Part shown: in pieces, positions 10,454 through 20,000 of the stretch
Layout of the letters: the number at the start of each line of letters is the position of its first letter
Position numbering within the stretch: position 1 is the first letter of the stretch
Notes under the pieces: model-generated
The model's input: the letters and a program-made list of their open reading frames with translations, nothing else
Databases searched by the model: none
Told to the model about the DNA's origin: nothing
DNA from: Trichinella spiralis
Lineage: Eukaryota
Length of the DNA stretch: 20,000 nucleotides
Assembly (NCBI RefSeq): GCF_000181795.1
Contig: NW_003526944.1
Coordinates: 4,912,789-4,932,788 of the forward strand
Direction: 5' to 3'
Program-made: the position numbers and the translations under genes

Positions 10454-11300
10454 CGTCGTGAAAATACCAATACCCTCCTTCACAGTGGTATTGAAACGTT
10501 TATTCCACAAAAATTATCACATAACATATCGAAATATAAACACATCACAAATACTTGTCTGTAAACTTTTTCAATCGATCAATATCATCAGCAACACTTT
10601 TCAACTTGAAATTGAAAGAAAACTAAAATTGTACAAAAAGAATTCGTGTGATTTACTCAGTTAATTCGAACTAGCTGTTGTTATACATGGTAAATATTTT
10701 AAATGTTAAAATTTTAAAAACAATTGAGAGATTAATTAATTTTCACTTACGTAAATTTTAACAACTGCTATTAACTGTTCTCAATTTGTAATAAAAGGGA
10801 GAAAAAATTGTTTAAAACATTTATTACAATGTTTACTGTAATACAGTAAGATACCACTTTGTGTGACTTTGCTGTCATGTTATTAAACTGGCTACGCAAT
10901 GAAGTTGCTAAATTTTTCAATCTACCATTTATAAGAATAAATTTCTGCCAACTCAAACAATTAATAAATATAAAAGATGAAAATCAAGTAGAATTTTGTA
11001 ATTACATTTACAGCATGATTATACGTACTAGTAGAATGTTTACTTTGTATTATTGAAATGTAAAAATTTTTTAAATTATCTTCAATTTACCTAACCGTAC
11101 GTTTGTGTATCATTTCTGCTGTGGAAGTATATTTCGCTTTCACGGGAGAATGCATTGATCAACGGTGAAAATTGAACGTATTGATTACAAGTATTGAAAT
11201 TAATCAAACAATTCAAAATGTATAATTTTCAAATGAATACTTGAATTTTAATTGGAAAATAGGACAACATTTCAATTTATTGTCTATAAGAATAAATTTA

Positions 11301-13775
11301 TTAATATTTCGTCACTACTCCTTGATCGTAAATAAACGATTGACCAGCTTTCAGTTTTGGATTAATCTCAAGTGGAACTAAAATTGGATAAAAGACTACA
11401 AGTGCAATCATTGCTGATAATGCGAACACGATCGTCTCGATCCAAACAACCAACGGGCCACTGGTGGTGAATATTTTCCTTCAAAACAGTTTATCAAAAA
11501 GAAACTTTTACAATTGCATTTCACATACATAGTAACCACGGGACTGATAAGCCGCGCCAAACTTCCGGAAGATGTCAAGACGCTTTGCAAAGTTGCCTGA
11601 ATAAAATTAAAATTTATTAAAGCGGTTTGAAATTTGCAATTAATTTTTCTCAACCAATCACCTGCTGTCTGGGTCCAATAACATTTGCATACAATGTTGA
11701 TAATGCTACATTGACAGGAGGAAAGCCGAGGAAAATTCCCAGAACACCAATTACAAATGCATACAACGGAACCACCTTGGTCCACTGACACCACACAAAC
11801 TGGCTGTCACAGCCGACCCGGACTNNNNNNNNNNNNNNNNNNNNNNNNNNNNNNNNNNNNNNNNNNNNNNNNNNNNNNNNNNNNNNNNNNNNNNNNNNNN
11901 NNNNNNNNNNNNNNNNNNNNNNNNNNNNNNNNNNNNNNNNNNNNNNNNNNNNNNNNNNNNNNNNNNNNNNNNNNNNNNNNNNNNNNNNNNNNNNNNNNNN
12001 NNNNNNNNNNNNNNNNNNNNNNNNNNNNNNNNNNNNNNNNNNNNNNNNNNNNNNNNNNNNNNNCCAACTTTGGAAGGCCAATTTGATCAGGCCAAAAATT
12101 CTTACGGCAAAGAGGCGGAGCCGGGGCGATTCAAAGGGATCCCCAGACCGCCAGAAAAATTAGACGACGACAATCGAATCTAAATCGATCTTACTTGTTG
12201 CATACGTATAATATGCAAATTTAGACAAAATGCATACCTGTGAAAGTAGAATACATACAAGATGTAGATGAGCACGGACAAAGCGGAACCGACACCAACC
12301 AGTATACTAACATACAAAGTGGCTTCTTCTCTGCTCCATTGAAAATAGATCATGCTGAGTGGTGTTGAAATTCTTAAACAATTCATTTGCATAAAATTGC
12401 TTTAAGATGGAAAGAAAAAGGAAAACAACAAACGAACGAACGTGTCTAAATTGACGAGAACAGTGTACACACAAAACCAACACCAAATCAACGCACCGAC
12501 TGCCCATTTGCTGTACAACGGAATAACGTCTAAGAAGTCTAAAAAGTAATTTATTTCACTTGGACATTGTCATTTAAATTGAACAATAAAAAACCTGACA
12601 ATCATTATGGTTAATGTCAAAAATTTGCATATGAAATATTTATTTTCTTTTTTCTTAAATGTGATTTAAAATTATTCCATTCCAAGAAATCAATGGACAA
12701 ATAAGAACGTCTGTGAAGTATTTTCATTGAAGTAGTTATTTTATCAGTATAAAAAAATAAACTTACTTGTTGTTTGATGTTCTTTCAGACCGGCGTAGAC
12801 TTCTTCAAAATTGAACCATATCAACGCGAAAGATAACATAAATAGAACATTGACAATGTAAGCTGGCGCAGTGTACAAGTTGAAATGAAAAACACTGTAC
12901 ACATATCCGGGGTAGCTGATGAATGATACTGCGGCTTGTAAAGCTGAAAAATGATACTTATTAATTATGAAATTAAAACGCATCAAATTTCACCTGGTCC
13001 AGCGATGAAGCCGAAAGACATGCAAGCAGTGGCCACCGATATGGCACGACCGCGTTCACTTTGTTTGCTTGAAACGGCCACGTAAGCGCTCGCAGTTCCG
13101 TTCATTCCTACGTTGGATACAGGCAAACATTAACCAGCATGCTAATTTTTGCGTGCAAAATTACCAGCAGCCAAACCCATAAACAGTCGGGCAATCAAGA
13201 GAACGAATCTTTGATTAGTTTGAAACAGCTCTGCGGAAATGTACATCGTATTGGCTATAATTGCTGTGACGATGCAAATCAAAAATATTGTCCGGCACTG
13301 TTTAGTCCGATTGCTCCAAAATCCCAACAAAGGAGCACAGACTAGCTGACCAAGACTGTAAGCGGATATTGTCCAGCCGAAGAACAGAGTTGTCGCTTGT
13401 TGATCAATCTAGAAAGAGATTTTCATTATATTAAAAAATCCATTTTGAATAATGACTGACTTTTTATTACTTGACTCATGAATGGCCAGAGTGATGAAAA
13501 ATAAATTGAATATTGCAAACATTGAAGAAATAGAACATAATCGACAATGATCATGGAACGAATGCGGACGTGATTTGGCGTTTCTTCAACATTAAATGTA
13601 GAAATTTCTGGTGCCGAACCTTCGAATATTTTACCACTGCTGAAATGTCAACTTCAATTTGCTTATTTAAAAAATTAAAATATTATTTTCAAAAAATTCC
13701 TTACCAATGTGTAACGTTGGTACGATTTTTAGTGTTGCATACAAGCGTGGGAGAGTTCGAGCTTTTGGATACCAT
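11301..13775 (-). CDS. MFSD8: MFSD8/CLN7-like major facilitator superfamily transporter, multi-exon and gapped
   Basis: Minus-strand exons are 13775-13705, 13639-13471, 13408-13165, 13107-12994, ~12943-12768, 12538-12443, ~12372-12238, a low-quality segment and gap, 11824-~11662, ~11596-11529 and ~11478-11301. Peptides characteristic of MFSD8 are SLWPFMSQID..ATTLFFGWTISAYSLGQLVCAPLLGFWSN, ARLFMGLAAG, SFGFIAGPALQ, FNLYTAPAY, GCDSQFVWCQWT, TLYANVIGPRQQ and SSGSLARLISP. The protein ends GVVTKY*. Confidence 0.9.
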
Positions 13776-14515
13776 TTTCACAGCACAATACTGAGACACA
13801 CTAACAAAAGTTGGGAAAATTTTCGAAAAAGTAAACAGCCCAAATGTGAAAAATCTATTTCGGAAAACAACTTTCTACTTTGTCTGTTCAAACACACAAA
13901 CACGAAGCTAATTATTCAAGTTTGTAGAAAAAAAGCCATTAAATAAAAACAATATGTTCAATATACTTTTGCAAATTATAGCAAGAATATTGTATTCAGC
14001 TCAATGAAGACACTTATCAAATTTTGATCACATCTGAACAACAAAAATTTGAATTACACCACTGATTATATACAGTGTGGCCAACAACTGTATACCTACG
14101 TCATAACGAACCAATGATAAAAAGAAAATTTGAAAACTTTCGCGCCTTTCTGTGGGCAACGGCACGACTCATTTCAAAACATACTTCAAAATTATTCTCA
14201 GCAATATAATGCATCTTTTCTAAAATTTTTCTATCAGCTTTTCGTAATGCAAATTGTATAGATAAAAATATTTGTTTATATTAACTGTTGACATTTATTT
14301 ATTTATTTATTACCACGTCTGCACATTTTGTAAGGAAAAAGTTTCAAATTCAAATCTAATCGACTGGTTGTTTACTTTTGTTAAAATAAATGATAACGCA
14401 AAATGTGATTTGGTTGAAAAGGTGCCCATACAAGTTTATCTACCGTATATTTTTAATTGCAAACAATGAAATAAAAATCACGTGATAAGCTGATGAAAAA
14501 TTCAATATCTAATGT

Positions 14516-14867
14516 CTATTCTTCATCTGTCAAAGTAAACCAGTATCCACAACGGCAACGTCGAGGAAAACCTTTACGAAGCCACATGTAGTGAATGTAC
14601 AACTGGCTCGGTTCGCATATGCAGCCGATCAAACGGTTTTCAAACGCACTGGGCACCATGTTCGGTTGCTCTTTCGAGCCAACGCCCCGTTTGAAATAGG
14701 CCGGTCCAAAGTCGTAATCGCCACGAAGTTGGGAAATCAGCTCGGCACGCTGCTCGCCATAGATACCCTTCGATGGGATGTTGCATGTGGCTTGCGGCAC
14801 GCTGAGCCGCGGTTTTGTGCAACGCGCGAACACCGCTCCAAGCGCCGACAAAAACTGTTTTAAGCAT
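14516..14867 (-). CDS. COX5B: Cytochrome c oxidase subunit 5B-like, intronless CDS with one +1 frameshift near 14766-14768 (sequencing error or pseudogene)
   Basis: The ATG at 14867 gives the presequence-like MLKTVFVGAWSGVRALHKTAAQRAASHMQHPIEG. A different frame continues GIYGEQRAEL...GSKEQPNMVPSAFENRLIGCICEP...YMWLRKGFPRRCRCGYWF, which holds the COX5B zinc-binding CxC...CxC motifs. The ATG-to-stop span is 352 nt (3n+1). Confidence 0.88.
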
Positions 14868-15546
14868 CGTCAAACCCACTGGTCAATGTTCTAAAAAATT
14901 ACAAAATATTTTTATTCAAATTTCACTTTTCACACAATCACACACAAAAACTAGAACGTTTGTTTTAAAAAAAATAACGCGTTCATAACATTGAAATGAC
15001 GTTACACTGATGTTGTTGTTGAATAACTAATAAAAGTTACTTAACGTCATTCTGAAATCAAATTCAAAATTTTCAAAAGCATCATCAATGAACACTTGAA
15101 ACACCTGACCCAAAGTTTAAGTTCAAAGAAACATACATCGACAACAAAAGAAAACAATCAGAATTCTAAATTAATTACTTTGTAATAGTGAAAGCTTAAA
15201 TATAAAAGTAAGAAATTTTTATTTATAAAAATACCTCAACTGCACAACTGTAAAATTTTTGAAACAGCAATTGAGCAATTAACTGAATAATTGAACTTTT
15301 CACAATCGCAAATTAACTTACAGTAGGAATACAGTAATGTAAACATTGAAAGAACAATTGTTTATCGGATGCAATTGGTTTAAATTTAAGAATGAAGCTT
15401 TCTTCACTTTATAATCTTTTACTATTCTTCGAATTGACTCAGTAGGTGAAGGCGATTTGCATTAGAAATAAATGTTATCAAAAATGTTCATTTCACTTCA
15501 TTTTTTACTTTTCTCTCATCAGTATAAAAATTCAAAGTTTCATAAT

Positions 15547-15877
15547 TCAAATAATTAAATTTTTTATGTTCAGTGAGCAATTCAATATCTGAGATATAAG
15601 CTCTTGCTTCACAGACTCGGGTACAGCCTCACGAGCTAGGGGCAACCAATGCTGCTGCAAAGAAGTAAGCGACACCTTTCCTGAGCCTTCTTCCAACGCT
15701 TGACGAAAAATCTCACGCCACTGAAAGAATGAATTAAAAAATCTAGCTGCAGAACAATATTTCAAATACCTTCTCCTGTACACCGTATTCTTCCAAGCGA
15801 ATACGAAGAATTTCGGCAAGAATCAAGTATTTTCCAGACTTACGCAATTCTTTTTCCAAATCTTCAGCTCTAATCAT
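15547..15877 (-). CDS. ENY2: ENY2/Sus1 (SAGA DUB module / TREX-2 subunit) homologue, two exons, 93 aa
   Basis: Exons 15877-15770 and 15720-15547 are joined by a GT-AG intron. They encode MIRAEDLEKELRKSGKYLILAEILRIRLEEYGVQEK|WREIFRQALEEGSGKVSLTSLQQHWLPLAREAVPESVKQELISQILNCSLNIKNLII*. This matches the EnY2 pattern G....L...L..RL.E.G ... P.AR..VP.SVK.EL...I. Confidence 0.82.
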
Positions 15878-16735
15878 GTCGATGAACTGACAAAGAAGGA
15901 TTTTTACTTTCTAATTAATTTATCAATTTAAAACTTTTCCATCTTTTACAGGTTTATGTCTTTTCAAAACAGTTTTTCACAATTGAATAATAAAAGAATA
16001 ATCACTTAAATCTGACGGACAAGATAACCACATGAGGAAACATTAAATAAGCAAATTAAATATCATGTTAAATGTAAAGTAAATTAAAAACTATAAACTT
16101 GAACTATAAATTAACTACAACTGAAATAACTGCTCGCCACTTGTCAGTGAAAGTAAATTTATAGGCTCTTCTTGGGATAAAATTTACTATACGCATACCT
16201 ACATTCCTTATATACTAGAATGAATTATATTACCAAGAATTATAGCGAGCTTTCAATGTACTGTAACTCTGCCTTATAAAGTAATGCAGGTATTATTAAA
16301 GAGCAACTGCGCATACAGAATTCATTGGGCATACGCTGATTAGATAAATTTAGACAAGTTCGAACACATTTCTACCGCTTTCAGGTAGCATCTATTTATA
16401 AGCACGGCATGACAACATGTGCTTATTAACCGACAAAGATACTGTAAAAAGCATTCAGCTATTTAAATTTATACATTTGACCCAAAAAATGTTATGTTCT
16501 TTTAACTGTTTTTATAAAACAATAAAAAATATAGTGAATAAACGATGTTTTTGATCATTTCCACTAATTAATATAATCAATGTTCTAAAAATACACACAT
16601 TTTTATTTTATTAAAATTGGTCATCGAAAGCTGACAATATAGAACGACGAGCACTTGTTCAGACAGCACAAAAACTGTTAAATATCACTTTCACAAATTT
16701 CGAATTCGAAGATCATATATTTGCCAATAAATTTT

Positions 16736-18774
16736 TCAGCGTCGTTTTCTCAAGTCTGGATTTTCAGGAGGGCTGCTTTTCTAAAAACATTGGTAACAGT
16801 CAATATCGGATTAAACTTCAGTTTTTCACAGCAATATGCCTTCAGCGTTTCTAACGAATAAATTCAATCATAGTAACTAGTGAAGTACTTACAGTGGTGT
16901 TCTCCTCATTTGCGCCGTTTTGTCCTAAAATTAATTTTTAACAAAAATGAACATAAATTTTCAATCATTAACCAAAAAAAAATAATCACTACCATTCGTC
17001 GGATAAGGTGGTGCAGTTGCACTGGGAGTTGGAATCGGCGGATAATTGAAACTAGTGGCAGCAGCTTCATACGGCGGTGGATTAGCCGGCATAGCGGTAT
17101 AAGCCCCACCTGCAGATGCGGTTGCGGGAGTGGAAACGAATAAACCGGTATACGGTGGGGGTGCCGAAGTGACAAAAACAACTCCCGCTAAAAGAATTCA
17201 ATAAAAAGATTAATAAGTAAATCAGAAAAAAAACTGATTGAAACATTTACGTGGTGGTGGTTCAAATGCTTGATAAGGAATGTTCACTCCGTATACATTA
17301 GCAGATTGACACATATAATACGGAGGTGGCTGTTGAAATATATCACCGCCCACAGCAACGTATGGTGGTGGAGAATTGTAGCTGTTAACATTTCGAGCTA
17401 AAATGGTATAGTATGCAAAAAATAGTAATAGGAAAGGTGAAAAAAAGATTTCTTACAAACTTCTATCGCTTGTAGCATAGCTTTACCGAACTCTATGCAA
17501 CCACCATGATTGAAAATTAATTTGAAATTAGCATCACCAGTCCAATTGCCATTCGGCTGCGCCATAACATCACCTGCCAAATAATTGGCTCCAAAAACGG
17601 GCTGCTCAAGCTTAACATCACGTAAGCAATGAAATGGAATCGAAAAAGACTGCNNNNNNNNNNGGGGGGGGGGCGCCCCCCCCCCCCCGGGGGGGGTGTA
17701 TAATTCCCGGCGAAATATATATATAAAATGTGGGGGGCGCGCGCTTTTTTTTTTCGGGGGGGGGGTGTATTTGGGGCCAAAAAGGGATATAACACCCCCC
17801 CCCCCCCAAAAGAGGTTTTTGCGGGGGAGGAAACAAAATTTAACCCGTTTTTTTCTTTTAATTCCCCCAAATTAAAACAAAAAACTTTTCGGGTAAAAAG
17901 ATTTTTCTAAAAAAAAGTTTTTTTAGGGTTATTTCGGAAAAAAAAAACTTGTTTGAAACACTTTTCGGGGGGGGGGGTGTTAAAAAGCTTTAAAAAAGAG
18001 AAGGCCCCCCTCCGAACCCATGGCCGGATTGCCACAATTAAATTGGGGGGGGGGGGTGTGAAAATATATCCCCCCCCCACAGCCACGTATGGTGGGGGGA
18101 GAAATTGAAGCTTGTTAACATTTTGGGGCTAAAAATGGTTTAGTATCCAAAAAAATAGTATTCGGAAAAGGGGAAAAAAAGATTTTCTTACAAACTTTCT
18201 ATCGCCTGGTAGCATAGCTTTACCGAACTCTATGCAACCACCATGATTGAAAAATTAATTTGAAATTAGCATCACCAGTCCAATTGCCATTCGGCTGCGC
18301 CATAACATCACCTGCCAAATAATTGGCTCCAAAAACGGGCTGCTCGAGCTTAACATCACGTAAGCAATGAAATGGAATCGAAAAAGACTGCAGCGGATCC
18401 TTTTTACTTTCCGAAGTGAAAATTAACTGAAAAAGAGGAATTTTTATTTCTAACTTAATATTAATGACGCAATGGACAAAAGAAAAAGTTACGCGATGAG
18501 TAGTCAAATACAGTGAACCTGATCTGTTACCATTCAACAAATTTTCTGCTGATTTCAATCGCAAATTCACTTGTTTTGTGTACAACAAAACTCTAAAATA
18601 TTCGGTAAAATTATGAGCAAAATTTAACAAAAACAGTTGAAATAATGACCGTCTATTTACAAAAATCTATTTGACTGCCATTTATTTATTTATTTAGTAT
18701 TTAAATACTTACAGTTCACCATTGTAGAGTACAATTCCTTTACCGTCAGGTGTACGATCGACATTTACTGCCAT
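16736..18774 (-). CDS. WBP2: WW domain-binding protein 2 (GRAM domain + PPxY motifs)
   Basis: Minus-strand exons are 18774-18713 (MAVNVDRTPDGKGIVLYNGE), 18592-18493 (GSLYLTTHR), and 18426 onward (LIFTS..LQSFSIPF..LEQPVFGANYLAG..FNHGGCIEFGKAML; its clean 3' part is at 17653-~17457). These are followed by 17397-17251 (SPPPY), 17187-~16993 (APPPY, NPPPY), 16924-16893 and a terminal exon 16780-16736 (KSSPPENPDLRKRR*). Part of the gene is duplicated across the 10-N gap. Confidence 0.92.
17664..18390. other. Redundant, progressively degraded copy of ~17050-17653 (unmerged low-quality read tail; assembly artefact)
   Basis: 18200-18390 is nearly identical to 17460-17653. Identity decays leftward with homopolymer expansion, for example gcgggggaggaaacaaaattaacccg at 17821 versus gcgggagtggaaacgaataaaccgg at 17124. 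The copy ends exactly at the 10-N gap. Confidence 0.9.
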
Positions 18775-19172
18775 TGAAAATCAGCTAAAAATATTACGCT
18801 GGTCGACCAACTTTTAAAATGCAACAAGCTGAATCGCTGTCACAAACAATGCTGTACCCAATGTAAACATTTGTTGAAAATCAAGTTTGATTTGTTTACT
18901 GTGTTTACTTTTGACGATAATTTAAAATTTCAGATAAAAAATTAAACACAAAAATTCAGTTTATTCAAAATGATTAATTTAATAGCAAAATATATAATAC
19001 ATTGAACAGATAATAATATTTACACTTGAATATATTTTTAACAAGCAACGTGATCACTTCAACAAGAAGAATTAAAATTTCAAAAAAGTGGCTGGACTAA
19101 AATTCATTATTTTACAATTTGTAAAATGAGGAAGAAATATTGCATAACTGGTTGAAAAGTACTTCATAAAAT

Positions 19173-20000
19173 TCATAATTTTCGTGTTTTCGGCAACACT
19201 GATGCAGCTTCTTCGAGCGAGTTCAGTTTTCTCATGGAATTTGTACTTTGCAACATGCTACCAGAATTCAATTCCGATGTCTTGCCGCCATCCTGCTTTG
19301 CATACGTTGGTGCTGACGTTCCGGAGTTTTGTAGCCGTCGAATGAATGCATCGAAATCGAAAGGCGATTCAACTTGTTTGTCTATTTCAGCTTGTTGTTT
19401 CGAGCGGTTTGAAAAATTCCGGCTGTATCTGTTTTTCAATGTCGACTGCTCGAATGAGGGAAATTTCTTTGGTGCACAAGGTGTGGGCAGACTAGCAAGA
19501 TCGGGGTTGATTCCATGCGCATCTTTTTCTAAATTTATCAATCCAGCGGTATCCGAAATACACATGCTTGAAATTTCTTCGAAATCTTGTTCCGCGTCCA
19601 CGGTACTTTCAAATTGATCACGTGATGAACAATATTTCGTTTTGAATTGCAACAGTTCCTGATTATTATTACACCGTACAATACTGCTAGTGAACAATTG
19701 CTCATCGTTGACCATTCGAACGACAAACTTACCGTACTCCACCAAGCGTTTCATTAAAATCAAATTTGCATAAGTATCCGCTTCTTCCGTTGAAACAAAT
19801 CTGGCAAATGTTCCGGCCAACGGTAGAAAACCAAATAAACTGACATCAATTGGTAGTGGCTGTTCGTCCGCAGCGCTGTTAACCGTATTCACATGAAACT
19901 GCTTATTTCTCTGCAAACTGTTCAGAAACTTGGCCAATGAGGACAAATGGCTCTGGTCGGTGTGAAAATTGTTTACCAGCAGAAAATTCGGCGACTGATA
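19173..20000 (-). CDS. C-terminal exon of an SMG7-like (EST1/SMG5/6/7 family) nonsense-mediated decay protein, 5'-partial
   Basis: The frame is open from the window edge (YQSPNFLL...). LAKFLNSLQ...PLPIDVSLFGFLPLAGTF resembles the L..LLN...PLPE(D/E)FEL.GF.PL signature that closes the EST1 helical domain. An S/Q/N-rich tail follows with no PIN domain before the stop at 19173-19175. Confidence 0.6.
   Translation of the reverse strand, partial: YQSPNFLLVNNFHTDQSHLSSLAKFLNSLQRNKQFHVNTVNSAADEQPLPIDVSLFGFLPLAGTFARFVSTEEADTYANLILMKRLVEYGKFVVRMVNDEQLFTSSIVRCNNNQELLQFKTKYCSSRDQFESTVDAEQDFEEISSMCISDTAGLINLEKDAHGINPDLASLPTPCAPKKFPSFEQSTLKNRYSRNFSNRSKQQAEIDKQVESPFDFDAFIRRLQNSGTSAPTYAKQDGGKTSELNSGSMLQSTNSMRKLNSLEEAASVLPKTRKL

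Noticed and set aside
9314..10664. Overlapping and antisense ORFs over the zinc-finger gene, including poly-Cys and poly-Leu stretches
   Set aside because: They are shadows of a GC-richer coding exon and its CAA repeat, with no independent motif.
12064..12180. GC-richer stretch that breaks the MFSD8 frame
   Set aside because: It lies directly beside the gap and is best explained as an error-rich MFSD8 exon.
17664..18060. G/C-run-rich island resembling G-quadruplexes or foreign DNA, with Pro/Gly-rich ORFs
   Set aside because: It aligns by eye to 17050-17330 with homopolymer inflation next to a gap, so it is a low-quality read tail.
18800..18809. Palindrome tggtcgacca upstream of the WBP2 acceptor as a Ur-element stem
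   Set aside because: A 10-bp palindrome alone is too short to support a call, and I did not see the expected adjoining UAYYUU motif.
19234..19726. Alternative-frame and antisense ORFs over the SMG7-like exon
   Set aside because: They are shadows of the longer minus-strand coding frame.
1..20000. tRNA, rRNA, SL RNA or snRNA genes, CRISPR arrays and prokaryotic operons
   Set aside because: I recognised no cloverleaf, spaced-repeat array or Sm-site RNA by eye, and the sequence is intron-rich eukaryotic DNA. An Infernal/Rfam scan would be needed to exclude small ncRNAs.

Overview
This is AT-rich, intron-dense eukaryotic draft sequence with short GT-AG introns and four N-gaps. It looks like a nematode, plausibly a Trichinella-like clade I species; this is inferred from protein similarity and gene compactness. 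The + strand carries the 3' part of a multi-exon cadherin gene (<1-~3930) and a bifunctional PAPS synthase (~5913-8608) interrupted by gaps. Between them lies a Buster/Charlie-type hAT transposon remnant (4224-4745). The - strand carries six co-oriented, closely spaced genes. In transcription order these are an SMG7/Est1-like protein (>20000-19173), WBP2 (18774-16736), ENY2/Sus1 (15877-15547), a COX5B-like gene with a +1 frameshift (14867-14516), an MFSD8/CLN7-like transporter (13775-11301) and an intronless C2H2 zinc-finger gene (10453-9338). This run is a candidate trans-spliced operon. Several apparent oddities are most likely assembly or sequencing artefacts, including the PAPSS frameshifts next to gaps and the G/C-homopolymer 'duplicate' inside WBP2. 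I found no RNA genes, CRISPR arrays or prokaryotic systems, and no clearly novel system that I can support from sequence alone.
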